The notes under the pieces: model-generated | Seen by the model: only the letters and a program-made list of their open reading frames with translations | The model's database searches: none | Told to the model about the DNA's origin: nothing | Shown here: piece after piece, positions 62,921 through 64,000 of the stretch | How positions within the stretch are numbered: the stretch's first letter is position 1 | How the letters are laid out: every line of letters begins with the position of its first letter | Program-made: the position numbers and the translations under genes | DNA from: an uncultured Gammaproteobacteria bacterium | GTDB taxonomy: Bacteria > Patescibacteriota > Patescibacteriia > UBA1558 > S5-K13 | Direction of reading: 5' to 3' | Length of the DNA: 64,000 nt | Assembly (NCBI GenBank): GCA_964640635.1 | Contig: CAZXFD010000001.1 | Location: 17,273 to 81,272 of the forward strand

Positions 62921-63988
62921 ATGTTAGAAATACCAGGAAATGACATTGTTGATAATAAAAAAAATAAACAACAACAAGAACGAAAAAAGTTAGATAAACT
63001 TGAACTTGATGAAAGTGGTAACTATAGTAAACCCACAGAAGATCAAAAAGAAAAGTTTAGTACCGCATTAAGAGAATTGTCAGAAATTTTTGAGAATGCT
63101 AATTTTCCTTGGTATCTTGATGGGGCAATGAATATTTCAATTTATTTAGGTGATCAGATTAGACAACATAAGGATATAGATATAAGCATATTTAAAGAAG
63201 ATCTTGGTAAGCTAAATAATTTATTGAAAGGTAAGGGTTTTGGTGTTTTTATAATTTCTGAAGAAGGTAATAAACAAATGTTGAGACTGCTAGATGTGGA
63301 GGAGTTATTAAAATTAGCATCATATCACCTTTGTATCAAAAAAATAGATTCAAACGGTATTATTCAAGATCGTGAAGACAGCTTATTTAGTAATGTAGAT
63401 CTTCATGTGCACGACAGGGATGAAAATGGAAATACGATAATAAATTATAGTGGCTCTAAATTTTCTAAAGAGTATTTTAAGCAAATTCAGCACGAGCTTC
63501 CAAATAATAAGACAATAAACCTTTCTCATCCAGCCATCGTCTTCTATCATAAGCTATATGCATATGATAAGATAAATAGACCATACGATCTTTTGGATTT
63601 AGAAAAACTTGCGCCTAAGCTAGAGACAAAAGATTTTGAAATGTTGAGGGGTGTTGTGGAGTCTGAATTTGAAAAAAGAATAGATCAGATTAGGCAGGTA
63701 TTTGAAAGTCTTTGGCAATTTTTAACCCCAATTTTAGAGCTTAGCAAAGATGGTGCGACTATCAAACAAAAATTATTACAACACTCAGAAATAACAAAGA
63801 AAATAAATATTAAAGATCAAAAAACAATAGATTATGTAGATATAATTTCACAATATATTTCTGAAAATAGTAATATATCAAAAGAAGATTTTATTAATAA
63901 GTCACTTGAGATCACAAAACCACTTGAATGGCTTCAAGAAAGAATGAAGATTTTAATGGATTTAGAAAAGATAAAACTTAATGGATAG
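62921..63988 (+). CDS. Nucleotidyltransferase (Lnu/ANT(2'')-like) with helical C-terminal extension
   Basis: 'WYLDGA...G.QIRQHKDIDI', 'VDLH', 'K...RPYDLLD'. Confidence 0.7.
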   Translation: MLEIPGNDIVDNKKNKQQQERKKLDKLELDESGNYSKPTEDQKEKFSTALRELSEIFENANFPWYLDGAMNISIYLGDQIRQHKDIDISIFKEDLGKLNNLLKGKGFGVFIISEEGNKQMLRLLDVEELLKLASYHLCIKKIDSNGIIQDREDSLFSNVDLHVHDRDENGNTIINYSGSKFSKEYFKQIQHELPNNKTINLSHPAIVFYHKLYAYDKINRPYDLLDLEKLAPKLETKDFEMLRGVVESEFEKRIDQIRQVFESLWQFLTPILELSKDGATIKQKLLQHSEITKKINIKDQKTIDYVDIISQYISENSNISKEDFINKSLEITKPLEWLQERMKILMDLEKIKLNG

Positions 63989-64000
63989 CTTTATGCAAAA

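Noticed and set aside
62882-64000. tttatgcaaaa on both sides of the nucleotidyltransferase gene as a target-site duplication
   Set aside because: The same 11-mer occurs at other gene starts (near 16117 and 56233) in this AT-rich DNA, and the second copy is cut by the window edge

Overview
AT-rich bacterial chromosome segment (genetic code 11). The gene set and style are typical of a Patescibacteria/CPR (Parcubacteria-like) genome; this taxonomy is an inference. Core genes: ybeY-ftsA-ftsZ-nrdR, a membrane-anchored Clp-family ATPase, alpha2-type glycyl-tRNA synthetase, rsmI-metG-tatD-rmuC, K+-independent H+-pyrophosphatase, a UvrD/PD-(D/E)XK fusion, pheST, gyrB, groES/groEL under a CIRCE element, pyk-ppsA, tRNA-Ser(GGA) and glmS. 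There are also Cys-rich surface and pilin-like proteins. Accessory content: (1) a more GC-rich five-gene operon pairing two coiled-coil (PspA-like) proteins with an ABC importer whose binding protein is fused to an OmpA-type domain, behind a structured leader; (2) a leaderless NYN RNase gene with a convergent promoter and 3' hairpin, a possible RNA-antitoxin module; (3) about ten intergenic ~7-nt-period repeat tracts with locus-specific units, including complementary arms around a four-helix-bundle gene and glmS; (4) several REP-like palindrome families that nest in each other and insert into a coding sequence and a tRNA fragment; (5) orphan mini transcription units; (6) a run of nucleotide-sanitising/detox enzymes around tRNA-Ser. 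No CRISPR array, rRNA, integrase or transposase was seen. All calls come from reading motifs by eye, with no database searches.
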